Below the pieces are notes generated by a model that was given only the letters and a program-made list of their open reading frames with translations, did not search any database and was not told where the DNA came from. A program made the translations under genes and the position numbers. Below, piece by piece: positions 50,010-64,000 of a DNA stretch of 64,000 nucleotides. This stretch comes from Tubulanus polymorphus (taxonomy: Eukaryota > Animalia > Nemertea). Every line of letters begins with the position of its first letter. The first letter of the stretch is position 1. Where the stretch lies: the NCBI RefSeq assembly GCF_964204645.1, contig NC_134028.1:10850001-10914000 (forward strand). Reading direction: 5' to 3'.

Positions 50010-53000
50010 TCACAGCGGGTTTGTTTTGCTAAGCCAAATATATTTGCCAAGGTTATGAGCCATCAGGGGTGAAGACATAATGGTGATAAATTTGTTTTCA
50101 GGGGTTGTAAATTTCTGTTCGGAAAAATGGGTATCAAAACATTTAATTAGTTCAACTCTGTAGCTATCAAATTTGGTACACTGCATAATAAAATGGAATT
50201 CGTCTTCAATTATATTACATGAGGTGCATAACCTATTTTCCCTTGGGAGGCCAGAATGCCTACCCCTTTCTATTAACAGATGGTGAGCACTCAGTCGCAT
50301 TCTTGTGACTTCGGATTTATAGGTTTTGTTGATGCTCATTGATAGATAGTGTTCCATGCTGAATTCAGATTTAATTTGGCAGTAGCATTTCAATTTGCTA
50401 AATTGGAGGATTTTTTGTTTCCAAAATATTTTGTATCTCTCAGTTAGGACGTGTCTTATAGATTTTGAGAGTTCAGCTAGTACTCTGTCAGTATCTAGCT
50501 TGATGTTCCTGTTCGTGGCTGTTAAAAGAGCATCAACAAAACTATTCCATGTACATTTTTTTGACATCATTTCTTTAAAGACTGTATTGATAAGATGACC
50601 TTTTCGTGCGCAAGCGTGTTCCCAGTATCTAATGACTTGAGTACAGGCATTGATGTACATAGGCAATCTCCCTAGTACCCCTAGGACAGCTAGATTTGTT
50701 GTTTTTCGGTTAACATTCAGAATAAATTTACAGAATTTAATAATCAGTCCAGTTAGATGAGTATCACTGTCAAATGCTTGCTCAATACAATATGGTTTAC
50801 CAGAGGTCATCTTCTTGCTTAATGTAATATTTGGCAGCCAAATTTCACAGCCGTATAAAGAAATGGGCATGACAAGGCTGTCGAAGAGTTTCAGAGAGAT
50901 ATCTGGTGAACAATTTTGTATCCCTATCATTTTCATTATTGATAGCATGGCCCGGTTGGCAGTGTTGTAGAGTATTTCTTTTGCTTTTTTGAATGAACCG
51001 TTGGCTGTAAAAATTAATCCCAAATATTTGAATTCTTTAACAATTTCAACACTCTTCCCATTTATATCGAATTCAACATTGATTGGAATTTGCCCCTTTT
51101 TGTTAAAGATTATAACTTTACTCTTAACAGGGTTGATACTGAGTTTCCATTTTGAGCAGTAGTTAGAAAATTTATCCATACATTTCTGAAGACCTTCTTT
51201 CGAATTCGATACAATGACCAGGTCGTCGGCATAAGAGATAGTTAATAAATGTTTCGCCAAGTAGCCTAGTACAGGATCACAAAATTCATCAAATATATCG
51301 GCGACATCATTTATGAAGACATTAAAGAGTAACGGGCTTAAAATATTACCCTGTTGTACACCATTGTGACACTGGAAAGGCTGTGATGTGGAGTTTTCAT
51401 TAATCTTTAGGCTCCACGAAATATTTTGATACATACTTTCGATAAGTCTGGTGAACCTCTTTCCAAGAGCTAAATTGCTAATTTTGTGGATCAGTCCCTC
51501 ATGCCATATTGAGTCAAATGCTTTTTTAAGATCGATAAAGCATGTATATAATTTTTCCGAGGCACTAAGTTTCATCTGAATAAGTCTTTGGAGTGTGAAA
51601 AGGTGGTCTGTTGTTCGGCATTTAGGCATAAATCCAATTTGGTTTTTGGTGATAACATTTTTGGTCTCCAGGTATGACATAAGCCGATTGTTCAATACTG
51701 AAGAGAATAATTTGCCGAGACAGCTGTTTAGGGTTATGCCCCTATAGTTATCTGGGTTGCATTTGTCTCCATTTTTATGGATTGGTACTATCAACCCTTC
51801 AGCCCATTGATGCGGGAAGTGCCCGCTTGAATACACAAAGTTGAATAGTTTGGCCAGTGGGTGAATCAGGATATCAATGCCATATTTCAAAATCTCATTT
51901 GTTATACCATCAAGACCAGGCGATTTGTTGTTCTTTAGTTTCTGAACAGCAATTCGAATTTCTTTGTCGGTGATCAAGAAGTCTAATTCAGTGAATATAT
52001 CATCATTTGACAAATTTTTAAGGGGATGTTTTTGCCTTGCATCATTTACATTATCTTGAAAAATTGATTTGAAATGATGAATGAATGGTTCCAGGTCATC
52101 AATAGAGTTACGTGAGGATCTGTTAGTGTTTGATAATTTTTTAACTTATTTCCAAAACTGTTTAGGATTCCTTTTCGCGTTTCTAAGTTCGTCAAATTGC
52201 CCCTGCCTAAACTCAGCACGTTTAGACCTTAGAAGTTTGCGGTGGAGTTTTTTGCGCATAAAATATTTTTGCCTATTACATTGACTGGGGTATTTATGCA
52301 GGATCTTGCCGAAATGTCGAACTTTAGTTCTTGACCTTTCACATTCTCTATCAAACCACTGTTTGTTATCAGTTTTCATGGGGGGGTTAGGATGTCGTTG
52401 GGGTTCAGCTACTTTTTCATTTAGGATTAGCATAAAATCGTTGACAACAGTATCTACAGTGTCATAGCTTGGGTTCAGAGATTGCCATACTGCATCTTCG
52501 CAGTAGTTTTGGAGTTTTGAGATGATGTCGTCGTTTGTCAGAATTTCTATGACGTCATCAGGGCTTTTAAACTTCGAGAATTGTCTGTTATTGAACTTTT
52601 TGGATTTACATTCACTGCGATTCCCTTCTCCCATATAGTGCGATTGGAAATCAATCCCAAAGCCTATTGCACTGTGATCTGATAATTCTGAGAATGATGT
52701 GTGGACATAGAAGTATTGAACCAGGGGAAAAATAGTGTCGTTTACAATTGCCAAATCAACAACACTGCTACCATTCCACTGATGGCATGTAAACTCCCCG
52801 AAATGATCACCTGGGGTCCTGCCATTTAGGATGCACAGGTTATTTGTTTTACATAAGTTAATCATATTTTTACCCATCTTATTTACTGTTTTGTCTTTAC
52901 TTTTCCGTTTTTTCAGTATTGGTATGTCTAGATCTATACTAACCATATTTGGTATATATTTGTCATCTGGATTAATTGAACTTATGTCAGATACCTCCCC

Positions 53001-53514
53001 AATTCTAGCGTTAAAATCACCCGTAATTATTACATTGCCCTGGCTCGCATATTTTAAATACTCTAATTCAAGTAGGCCCTAATTGAAAAGTGTCATCCGA
53101 ATTTTTGTTACCAAAGGTAGAATTTGTTGGGCTGATATAACATGATGCAATGAAAAGGGGAGTATTCGAGTTCTGCCCTGTACTGTCTTGGACTTTCAGC
53201 CAAATAATTTCAGATGAAGGTTGTTCAATTACTTTTACACAATTTTTGAGATGATTTTTACATAGTATCATTATACCACCAGAATTGCGCCTAGCATTTT
53301 CACCGCGATTTCTGGTGACCTGGTAGTTGAAATAGCCAGGTACCTGGATGTCATCGGATTCAGAGGAATGGGTTTCAGTTAGACAAATGATGTCGTACGG
53401 TTTGATTTGATCCAGAAATAGTTTGTCTTCAATTTTGTTATGATAATGACTGACCAGGCCCTGGATATTCCATGTACAAACATGCAACATAACTCTATCG
53501 GACCTTGGAATCAT
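50010..53514 (-). pseudogene. LINE ORF2: APE endonuclease, reverse transcriptase and C-terminal zinc-binding motif; broken by frameshift/stop
   Basis: WNIQG, CLTETH, GDFNAR, VVDLA, SDHSA; KSPGLDG, NYRGIT, FIDLKKAFD, QGNILSP, YADD, FKYLG; HLLIERGR...CTSC...EDEFHF..C. Confidence 0.92.
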
Positions 53515-53539
53515 ATTGGTTGTTCCGAGATCAGACTAC

Positions 53540-55549
53540 ACGTAATATAGTGAATATTATTTTCCAAAAAGTCCGAGTGATGAGCGTGTGGTTACAGCCA
53601 AGTTTCTAGCGAAGGATCGGATTCCTTGCCCGTCGTTAAAGTGTACATTGTCCATGAAGAGTCGTTTGTTGTTTAGGTTCTCATGTCTGCAGACGTATGC
53701 GTTAGAATCTTTAGCGGCCATACTTTCTATGATGGCGTTAAATAGTCTCGACTTTACACTCCGGATATCGGCGTTTAATCATGTTTATGAGGTCGATCAT
53801 TGTTGTTACGCACTCGTCCGCGCAGTTAGTGTTTCGAATATCATTTGTCCCAACATGTAGTATGATACAATTCGGGTCGTATGTATCTGGGAGACTGTCG
53901 ATCACGTTTGCAGCTTCAGTAATTGTGTACGCCCGGATTTTTTCTACTTCGCAACTGTCTTTCACAAACCTCCTTTCGTTAAGGTATTTCAAGTTTGACT
54001 CACCGATTACAAGTACACTTTTCTTTGATCGCGATTGTATGTGTTCAGACCGGTGACTGTTCCCATCGTGCGGGTAGCTATCTTGGTGGCTTACCGACGA
54101 CTTTCTTTCGCCCGAATAGTTTTTTCCGTGGTCATGCTCGCCGATTGGTATATCTGGTCTGTGTGTGTCCCGCGGTTTACGTATCTGTACGGTAGTTTTA
54201 GCATTCGTATGCAAATAGTCGGTAGTGTCCTCTTTTTTGTTTAGCATATTCGCGACACGGTTTATACTAGAGTTTTGTTCCTCCATATTTGCCTTCATAT
54301 CGTGTAGATCTTGCTTTAGAGTATCTGTATTGTGTGTTGATTGTAAGATATCGCGGATTCTCGAATCGTTTCTATCCAAAATTTTTCGGACAGTTTCTGT
54401 GGTTTTAATCATGTCTGGAATGTTTTCACAATATTGCGATACATTATCAATCCTCTGCGCACAGTTGTCAAGCTTATCGTTGATGCCTCGTAACTGACTA
54501 GTTCTCGCGCACTGGCTGACTTCCTGTGTTAGTGATACTATTGCTGCCTGTATGGTCTGAAACATTTGTATGATGTCTTCCCCATCCAGAAGAGTCTCTT
54601 TCGTTTGGCACGCAGCAGTTGTTGTTGGTTCAGTCGCTATCTGTTTGGTGATAGTATCTGCGGCCTCCGGGTTTACAGCAATCTCGCACATAGTGGCAGC
54701 ATCACAGTATGATTTGATATTCGTCACATCAGTTTTTTTGGAAGGCCTGCACTTAGGACACATGTACAGATCATCAATGTTTTGCACTAGGTTTTCTACC
54801 TGGTCCTTCGGTAGTTTGGTACATTTGAAGTGCGTCCAGTTTTCGCACAGAGAACACTGGATCATCTGCGTGTTATCTGGATCATTACACTCGATACAGT
54901 TATTCTTTGTTGCCTTGGTAGGGCTGGCAATCGATAGACGCTTTAGTTGTCCCCTTTGAGTAATTCTGTTCTGGATATCATGGAAGTGTTCGTTCATCCA
55001 TAGGAGATACGAGTTTCCTTGGACGTGTAGTTTGGGTGATTTGGCTGTCTTTCCTTTTGCTGACCCACGGTACAGGGTGATATGGACCGATCCAAGCGAA
55101 TTTTCATTACTACCCTTGTAGATCGATGAGAAGTGAAGGCCGTGTGCTCCCCTGTCAACAGGGTTACCATACATTTCACGTAGAACGATTATATACGCAG
55201 CAGTTTTTTCCGTATCAAATTCAATAACCATAGAGTTTGATTTTTCATCAATGTTGACGTTGTTCTCGGGGGTTGTACTGGTCCTGGTCGACGCTCTTGA
55301 ACTTTTAAGTTTGTCTCTGAGATAGATATAGGCTCGATTAAGCTGTTGAAATTGTTCAGTTGCCTCGGCAGCTACGTTTTTATCCGGATGAAGCTGCTTT
55401 GCTAAGTTTATGTACTGTGTTCTCAGTTCTTCTAAGGAGTTGGGTGTGCTCGATAGCTTGAGGACGGATAGAATCCCTTTGATGTCGGATTTCGTCATAG
55501 TCGTTTCTCGCGGTTTCTTGTTGTTGTTATTGTTAATGGGCGCCGCCAT
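53540..55549 (-). CDS. LINE ORF1 with J-domain, PHD finger, coiled coil and SGNH esterase (frameshift near 53745)
   Basis: ELRTQYINLAKQLHPDKN...FQQLNRAY; CIEC...IQCSLCENWTHFKC...YMCPKC; VLVIGESN, ILHVGTND and DNVHF after the shift. Confidence 0.85.
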
Positions 55550-58500
55550 CTTGGATTTATATCTCCGATCGTTCTGGTATTTAAACAATGCCTTAAAACT
55601 CTTGAATACACTCACGTTTCTTGTTGGTTAGCTTATAACTATTCTCGAGTATCTTGTCTTATAAGCTGTTGCAGTTTTAGGTAACTGTGTTGGTTAATTC
55701 GTTGGTAATTTTTGACTTTCTTAGAGTAGACTCAATTAACCCGCCATCGCTCTGGTGGCGCCACCACTGTTACATGAAATATTGCCTTCTTAGATCACAG
55801 TTTTTGTGTATTGAAACATGAAGACACTTTTCGCTCAAATTTTCAAACTTCAATTTACGATATCTCGAAAACTACTGAAGATAATTCAAAAATTTAAAAA
55901 GCATATTGTTATTTGAGCACTCCCCATTCCAACAAGCTTTCTTTCAGTAAGATTGGAGCTATTTGAATTTTTTATGGATATAGCTACCCGGGTTCGAGTC
56001 TCGCTCTATCCGCTCTATTTTCTCCAACTCTTGATTTTTCTAAGTCATGCACCCTAGTGCGCATGCGCAACGCGAAATAGCCAATCAGAATGAAACGTCG
56101 TAAACTTGACTAGTAAAATCTTTCGTAAAATCTGCGAAATGATGTTTCAATGTCTAAGAAGGCCGAATCCCCCACCGTGTTTGGTACCCTTACTCCTAGT
56201 TAGTTACCTAATCGTTGGTGGTAAGCTTTTTATAATCAGATGGGCTTATACCAACGTTAGGGATGACAAGGACCAAAACACGGTTGAAAAAAGTAACACT
56301 TCAAAAATATACTTTCTATTCACTTCAGTCCACAATTAATGGCTTAATTCACAAACTAACACAGGTACCTTCCGAAATAATCCAATTTTATGTATGTTTC
56401 GAGTGGTTAATGAACATTATTTTGAGAAATTAATTAATTTCTCCACCAATTTCGCCATTGGCCGCCATTTCTCTGTATTGCACATGTGGCATGATAAGAC
56501 AAGGGGACCTACAAGGATTTATATAAAACTTCCAAGACGAAACGACAATTTTTATTTTTGATGGTTTTCCAATCTATATTTCAGATCTTCGTGTTTTCCA
56601 TAATAAATAATGAAATAATAAATTCTGGTATAAGAAAAATGTGAATAAGTGTTGATTTCTTAATTTTTTTCAATTTCGTCGTTTCGCTTCGTTAGTTTGT
56701 GCTGTTGTCCTGGCCTCAGTCCACAGGTGCCAGCACCTCCAGTAATTTTTAAAATGGCAGCTGTTGACCCGACGGAAATTTACTCTCACTTTACGGCCGA
56801 TTTGCACATGGATTAAGATCGTCAGGTGAGGTGTTATAGGTATCAGACAAACTACGAATCTGTTGTGCGTCGATTACAACAAAAATTGGACGGATATCTT
56901 AAGAGACAATGAAATGCCAGGCAAATTACTCGTCAGTCAAATTGGCTGACGAAGATTTCATACAAAAGTGACCTTCCCATTCCTGACTGTGGTTTGTGAA
57001 AATATCCGATTGTGAAACTAAACCACAGACAGGTTACTGACTACCTTACTCCTCCAAGCAAAAAAGTCCACGGAATCCCTTATTTCATCATCGATCTGTC
57101 TCCAGGATCAATGGATTTCATCTGTTCATACATAGGCCTAACCGAAATTCGTTACCTCTTATCTATCCCATTTGCAGGTACTATTTTTGGTTCGGCCCTA
57201 CGCCTCTTTAAGCTACTAACCTCATTGTGGTCTGATGTCTGTTTGCGTTGCAAAGTCATCCACACACAACCACACGGCCTTGAAATTCGCTTAATAGTCC
57301 CACTTTTACCGCAATCGTTTTATAGACGGTCTAGACTGGTTGCCTGTCCCATTCTCTATTCTAATTGAAGATGTTACGCCCCAAGTGAGAATACAACCCA
57401 AGTTGAAATATAGTTGCATCTAAAATCCGAACTCCGCTACGACTGAAACGCTGATGTGTTAGTTAATTAGATGGCGCCAGCTACCGGTGCAAAAATAGTC
57501 GAGGCTCGAATTTATCCTTTTTTCACCAGGTTTTTGAACTGATCAAAACAGTAAGCTCATATCGATATGAAATCTTTAATTAACTAAAATTCACACAATT
57601 CATTCTATATTTAAACTTGACATGGAGTGTCTGATTTTTGGGCATTCCATATCACTTTCCGAGTAGGCATAGTATAGTGTTCCTGGACCCCTTTAAAAAT
57701 GTACTCTGAAAAAAGAATATTCTCTATTTTGTTATGTCATTGAAGATTCTCTTCTATGGTTGTGCCAACGCAACTTCTTCTAATTTTGATTCCATGTGTG
57801 AATTTGCATAATTGATTTGCATTTTGCAGGTATGAACTTGTATTGAATATTCAAACATTTTTGTCCATTTGAGGATTATGAGTGTCCATAGATGGAATCA
57901 GGTTTCTTTTTAACGTTTTCATTACACTTTGATGTGTTGTCTTGATGCCTTTCCTAGGGGCATCGTATAATTTTTATGGACTTTTGCTTTACTGAAGTCC
58001 ATTTTTGCTCATGTATGACACGTGCCTCCATTGGTACAAAATAACTTGCGAAAGAAGCTTAGTTTCTCATCTGAACTTTCAAAATGTTCAATGTTGTAAT
58101 AATCTCTAACCCTCCTGCACCACCCTCCTGTAAGGTTTGTTAGAACTCTACAGCCGGTAAGTCTTAATAAATCTTCTTGAAAGTTTGTGTATGAGTTGGA
58201 ACAGGTAAGAGGTGATATTGAAAATGGTGATCTATCAGCTAGATGATATGTCCAACATGACAGCCATGTCTGCCATCTTGAAATTTGGCACCATACAGCC
58301 TGCCAACCTATATTGATTTCCTTGACCCTGGTGTATTAGCAGGTAAGAGGTCTACCCCTATTAAAATTGGTGACCACCAATTGTCTAATATTGCTGCTAT
58401 ATTATCCAATGTATGATTTTCTTCATTTTCAATAATCATTAGCATTGTCACATGTTATATACCTGTAGAAATCTGTGACTAATGAGTATACTCTACACCA

Positions 58501-59413
58501 GGGGAGTTGAAAATTTGAATACACTACTACGTATTAGTCAATTTTTATGAAAACCATGTTATGTATTGATAATGATGTTAAATGGCCATTTGTCTACAAG
58601 GTATATATTGATTCCCCTATGTAGATTCAGTTATTTTCGATTTGAGGAATTTCTATCAACCTCAGGTACATGTATATCGTACATAGTTTAAAATGACCCT
58701 TGTGTAAAAGATTAATTTTGTGCTGTAATTATCAAAAGTGTCGGAATATTCATTATTGCCATACCACGTACCAACCATTGTGGGAATAGACTATTTCTGT
58801 TGCATGGCATGTTGTCTCTACTAAGAGTCCTCCATGGTTGTACATCAGGGGACCAGTCAAAAAATGAAAAAATAGTTGAGAAAAAAATGTTTCGGTTCTC
58901 CATCGTAGGTTTGACACATATGTATTAATGTTGTAGTCATCGAGAATTAATCATATCTCTACAGATTTTGTGCATATTTACATGTCAATAAAGATATTTT
59001 CAAATAAGACCATAGCGTTGTGTTTCCATTGCTGAAAAGGAATAGGATCGATTCGATGCAGCTTACTTGATTCCTTTATTCGACTAGGGCCTACATCTTG
59101 TTCAAAAAATGGCGTCCGGCTGTTAAGACGTGTTGGTACAGTGGAGATTTAAAGTTTCATTTCGATGTCCTTCCACACTTGCTTGATTTATAAGATCTAC
59201 TCAATCTATGCAGTGCTGTTCTTCTGAATGAGACAACGAAGTGTACAAAGAAATTAGGTAACTTTTTACTGGTATTTAGTGGTTCTATAGTATTAATCTA
59301 TAGATATCGTCGATAGTCTGTCCTTAAGTCGTTCACACCGTAGTTGCCAAACGTTACCATAGAGACGTTGTGTACCTGTCAAAAAGTCATGGTCGACTGG
59401 AGATAATCTAAGT

Positions 59414-60373
59414 ATGGGTAGACCGAAGAAAGATCGCTCGACGAAACCTGCCACCGCTACCGCAGATAACAAAGGCACAACGCCGAGTAACAATAACGTT
59501 GAACCCGCGTCAAATACTCAAAGCGCTCCGAAACAACAAACTCTGATCACGCCAGTCACTAGTACCCCGACTGCAGCCTCAGACCCCGAATCGAGGAAAA
59601 GATTCCCCTCTGAAGAATTCTCACCTCGTGAAGGTATAAAAAAACCCAATATTCCTCCAAACGTGAATCAACAGGCAACGAGGCCACATAATGAAAATTT
59701 CCCCGTAGACGAAATTGCGAGCACCGTCTCGAACCTGCTAAATAACGAGGAATCAACCGCGGGTCTAGTGAACCGAATCGTGTCGGCCATAAAGTTCACA
59801 TTTCAAAATCAACTGGAACATCTTGTAAAAACGATCGATGATCAAAACGAAGTCATAGCTGATCTTAGTGCGAAACTGGATCACCAGGAACAATATTCCA
59901 GGCGAAACAATATCATTGTAAACGGTATAAAAGAAAATTCTTCCGAAAACACGGACCAAATAATTCTAGATCTCGCACGTAAGATCATGCCTGATGACGC
60001 TCCCGCGATGGAACTCCGAGATATCGATCGATCTCATCGCCTCGGGCCCAAAAGAGATGGAACAAACCGCCCGATTATCTGTAAATTCGTCACTCACCGA
60101 GCGCGGCAATACGTGTTGGTTAATCGTAAAAAGCTCCCTAAAGATGTTTACGCTAATGAAGACCTGACGAAAAGACGCCAGGCGATTCTGTACGAAGTCC
60201 GAAAATTATGGAAATCTAAGCGTATTTACGGTTTTTACGTTCGCGATGGTAAAATACTCGTCATTAAAACCGAGCGCGAGAAAGCGATTGAAATCAGCGA
60301 CCATTCATCAATATCGGCTCTCAACAAGGAATCAACCCCATCAGCGAACCCGAACGACACCACATACTACTAA
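59414..60373 (+). CDS. LINE ORF1p (coiled coil plus L1-type RRM/CTD)
   Basis: EQYSRRNNIIVNGIKE, IDRSHRLG, RPIICKF, NEDLT. Confidence 0.88.
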   Translation: MGRPKKDRSTKPATATADNKGTTPSNNNVEPASNTQSAPKQQTLITPVTSTPTAASDPESRKRFPSEEFSPREGIKKPNIPPNVNQQATRPHNENFPVDEIASTVSNLLNNEESTAGLVNRIVSAIKFTFQNQLEHLVKTIDDQNEVIADLSAKLDHQEQYSRRNNIIVNGIKENSSENTDQIILDLARKIMPDDAPAMELRDIDRSHRLGPKRDGTNRPIICKFVTHRARQYVLVNRKKLPKDVYANEDLTKRRQAILYEVRKLWKSKRIYGFYVRDGKILVIKTEREKAIEISDHSSISALNKESTPSANPNDTTYY

Positions 60374-61379
60374 TCCGATCCCGTCAACAATTGCGTTGCA
60401 TTCGTGTTTTGTTCATATCTGAAATCCGTACACTTCTATGTTCGACCCCGTTAGCGAACTCGAACGACTCCGCGTACTAGTGTTCCGATCCGTTCATTAT
60501 ATACTTACATCACATTGTGTTCCGTCCATCGTGATATCCGTACCATACCCTTCTACCTACAAACCTAACCTATTCTACGATCCGTTGCGAAATTAGACCC
60601 TTTAAGGGACTAAATGTTGCATTGTGCATTACTTTCAGTTTCCGTTTAAATTACGCACCTTCCTTTCAACGACTCGACAGAATAATTCATACCGTTTCGA
60701 TGGGCACTAAAAATCGCTCCATGGTCCGCACTGCGTTAATTGTCTCGGCGATCCTTAACGTTCGATATGAACGAAATCCGAGACTAAGGGAAGTCTCGAA
60801 CAAAACCTCTTTTAGTATATATTTGTGGTGTTTGACTTAACTGCATTTCACTTCGTTTATTGTTGAATTTGATAATATGATACTAGATGTAAATTCAAAA
60901 GGTGTTACATTTCTTTTTAAATCATGCATTTATTCGAACTCTCAATTCAATTCTGTGTCTGGACTCGAGATTGTACCTCCTTTAAACCTCTTCCTTATTA
61001 TCAATGAGTTATAATAGGGAACTTTATTTTCTCTACTCATCGACTCGTTTGTTGGTTACTATCCGAGCGAATCGGAATATAAAACTACTTGTTATCCTTC
61101 CTTGAATACGTAGACATTTGGTGTATAGAGATATGTAACACGTCTGCCCGTTCTATTATGTACCTATCATTAGTACATTTTGATTAATTTTCGATAATAT
61201 AACTCCAGTGCGATATCCCCAAGTTATCATCACTATTACTCTGCATATGCGATTAATACTGTGTACATGTCTAAAGGACAAAATTTTTTTTTGTTGTTTC
61301 CAATTTTTCTACTGTGTAACCATCTACCCGCATTTCGCCTGTAAATTATGTTTCATGATGATATATTTTTGGATAGTGA

Positions 61380-63969
61380 GAAGGATCCCCCCCGACACTA
61401 CTTATTATTCCATTGACTCGCTTAACGCTCTTGTGAACACCAACGACCAACAGAGTGGATTATTTCTATACCATACCAATGTTAGAAGCATGAACAAAAA
61501 CTTTGAAAATTTAAGAGATACAATAACTAGTTTAAACTTTCACCCACAGTCATTGGGATATCCGAAACGTGGGCGCTAGACGATCACGATAATGACGTAT
61601 TATACAAACTAGACGGGTACAATAGCTTTTTCTTAAATCGTCATTTTAACCATGCAGGCGGTGTGGCTATATACATCGATGACCATTACCATTGTAAAGT
61701 ACGTAACGACCTGAGTATAGAAAGTAACACTTTTGAATTGTTATTTTGTGAATTGTCGATTTCACGTAATGAAAAAATATTAGTCGGTGTCTTATATCGA
61801 CAAGGAGGTTAACCAATTGATCAGTTTACCAATGAACTTAATTCAACATTAGCTAAATTGCCTAAAAATAACGTGTTCATTATGGGCGACATCAATATAG
61901 ATCTCATCAAAGCATCCACGCACAACAAGACCCACGACTTCTCAAATAACATGGTTTCGCATTCATTACAACCTCTTATTTTAAAACCAACAAGAGTCAC
62001 CGAAACGTCAGCAACCTGTATTGACCACATATATACCAATGTTGACAACCAACGATCCGGCATATTGACTACTGATATTTCAGACCATTATTCTACCTTT
62101 GTTATTTACCCGCGTGCTCGACGGCTTAAAAATGCACCGTACATTATCCATTTTAGACCTATCAATGAACTCAATATTTCGGATCTTAAAGCGCGCTTGG
62201 CCAACGAAGACTGGAGTGACATATACACAACCAATGATCCAAACGTAGCATACAATCTCTTTTTCACGAGATACAAGATGCTCTACGACTTAAGTTTTCC
62301 TATTCTAACTAAAAATGTAACTCGTCCTTCGTGTAAACCCTGGCTGTCCGAGGGCTTACTAAATTCTGTCAAAACCAAATTGAAATATTACCGAATATAC
62401 AAACGAACTAAGCGCGCTGATCATCACGAACGTTACAAGAAATATCGCAACAGGTTGAATCGATTGCTTAAAGCTGCGCAGAAACAGCACTTCGCACGAG
62501 CATTAATTGCTGCGAAACATGACCTGAAAAAAACTTGGTCGATTCTAAACCAAGTTATCGGTAGCCCTAAAGATATAAATATATGCCCACCATGTAGAGA
62601 CATAAATGGTGTAGACCTTGACCCTTTAGATGTAGCCAATAAATTCAATTCTTTCTTTACTAACGTTGGTAGAAACTTAGCGGACAAAATTCCAACAACC
62701 GAAATCTCTCCCCTATCATACCTCCAACCCGATTCTTCAAATAACCTGTTCCTAAACCCAATTATTCAGCAGGACATTTTATATATTGTCAATAATTTGG
62801 ATGCTAATAAAGGTGCTGGGCCTGATGATATAATACCTAAAATTGCTAAGTCTGCCATCTCTGAAATAATGGAACCATTACTATACATCTTCAATAAGTC
62901 ATATTCAACGGGGATAGTTCCCGACGCTCTTAAAATCGCCAAAGTTACCCCAATTCATAAAGGCGGTGATAAAAATGAAATCACTTACTACAGACCTATA
63001 TCAGTCCTTTCGTTCTTTTCTAAAATCCTAGAAAAAATTACCTACGCCCGTATAATATCCTTTGTTGATAATCATCATATCCTTAACCCTCATCAATATG
63101 GCTTTAGGAAAAATTCATCTACGGAACTTGCACTGCTTGACTTTACAGATCATATCTCAAAACAGGTTGAAAATGGCCAATTCTCAATAAGTATTTTCAT
63201 TGATTTATCGAAAGCTTTCGATACAATCGACCACTCAATTTTGATCCAAAAACTACACAGATTAGGCATAAGAGGCTTACCGAATGATTGGATTAAAAGT
63301 TATTTATCAAATCGTAAACAATATGTAGACTACAACAAATCTCCTTCCAGTTATCAGCCCATCTCGCACGGTGTCCCACAAGGTTCTATTCTTGGACCAT
63401 TACTTTTTCTTTTGTATGTAAATGACATAATACATGTTTCTAAGTTATTCAAGTTTATACTGTTTGCTGACGACACTACCATTTCTTGTAGCAACAAAGA
63501 TCCTATAGAATTAATTCGTGCCGTAAACCGCGAACTGATAAAACTATCTACGTGGTTTAGAGCAAACAAACTCTCGTTGAATGTAAAGAAAACAAGCTAC
63601 ATGAAGTTTGGCAATTTTAGATTACCAGACAATACAGAAATCAGTATAGACAATCAACCTGTTGCTCATTCGTGCACCAACAAATTTCTTGGTGTGATTT
63701 TTGATGAAAACCTAAACTGGTCAGCACATACTGCCTATACATCTGACAAAGTTACACGTGCTATTGGTTTATTGTTCAAAGCCCACAAATGTCTACCCCA
63801 GCCCATTTTGCCCACACTTTATAATTCCTTAGTTTTACCATATTTCCAATACTGCAACATTGTCTGGGGACGTACATATCCAATCCGTCTGTATCATCTT
63901 AGCATCCTACAGAAACGGGCTTTACGACTTGTATATAATGTACCTTACCTAGCACACTCTTTAAACTAG
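61380..63969 (+). pseudogene. LINE ORF2 (APE and RT), frameshifted near 61548 and 61810
   Basis: HTNVRS, GISETW, GGVAIY, MGDINID, PTRVT, IDHIY, SDH; YRPIS, FIDLSKAFD, GVPQGSILGP, FADDT, KFLG. Confidence 0.92.
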
Positions 63970-64000
63970 GCAATCACCTTAATTAAATTAACTGACATTA

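Larger units (their letters stand above)
49811..55770 (-). mobile_element. Near full-length non-LTR retrotransposon (RTEX-like)
   Basis: ORF1 plus APE-RT ORF2; AATAAA followed by a (TTGAA)n tail at ~49811-49846. Confidence 0.88.
59105..64000 (+). mobile_element. CR1/L2-group (Crack/Daphne-like) LINE, 3' end beyond window
   Basis: ORF1, ~1-kb spacer, APE-RT ORF2. Confidence 0.85.

Overview
Eukaryotic (invertebrate animal-like) genomic DNA. Bases 1-~18 kb hold a very AT-rich, decaying endogenous Polinton/Maverick (adintovirus-like) element: protein-primed PolB, minor and major capsid genes, packaging ATPase, truncated chromodomain integrase and membrane proteins. It carries several parts typical of large cytoplasmic DNA viruses (NCLDVs): a LAGLIDADG intein in the PolB YxD|TD active site, a VLTF3-like factor, an HNH endonuclease and a repeated (T-run)-TAAATG start motif. 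Next come a full-length PIF/Harbinger transposon (19106-24502) and a complete 7-exon host gene, LRPAP1/RAP (minus strand, 47798-27149, ending in HTEL). Its 16-kb first intron contains a long-TIR element with an ATTT TSD, a P/Galileo-like element with a 7-bp TSD, a CR1-like LINE remnant and a Penelope-type hairpin. The right part holds an RTEX-like LINE whose ORF1 begins with a DnaJ (HPD) domain, and a CR1/L2-group LINE running off the window. All family calls come from motif recognition by eye; no database search was run.
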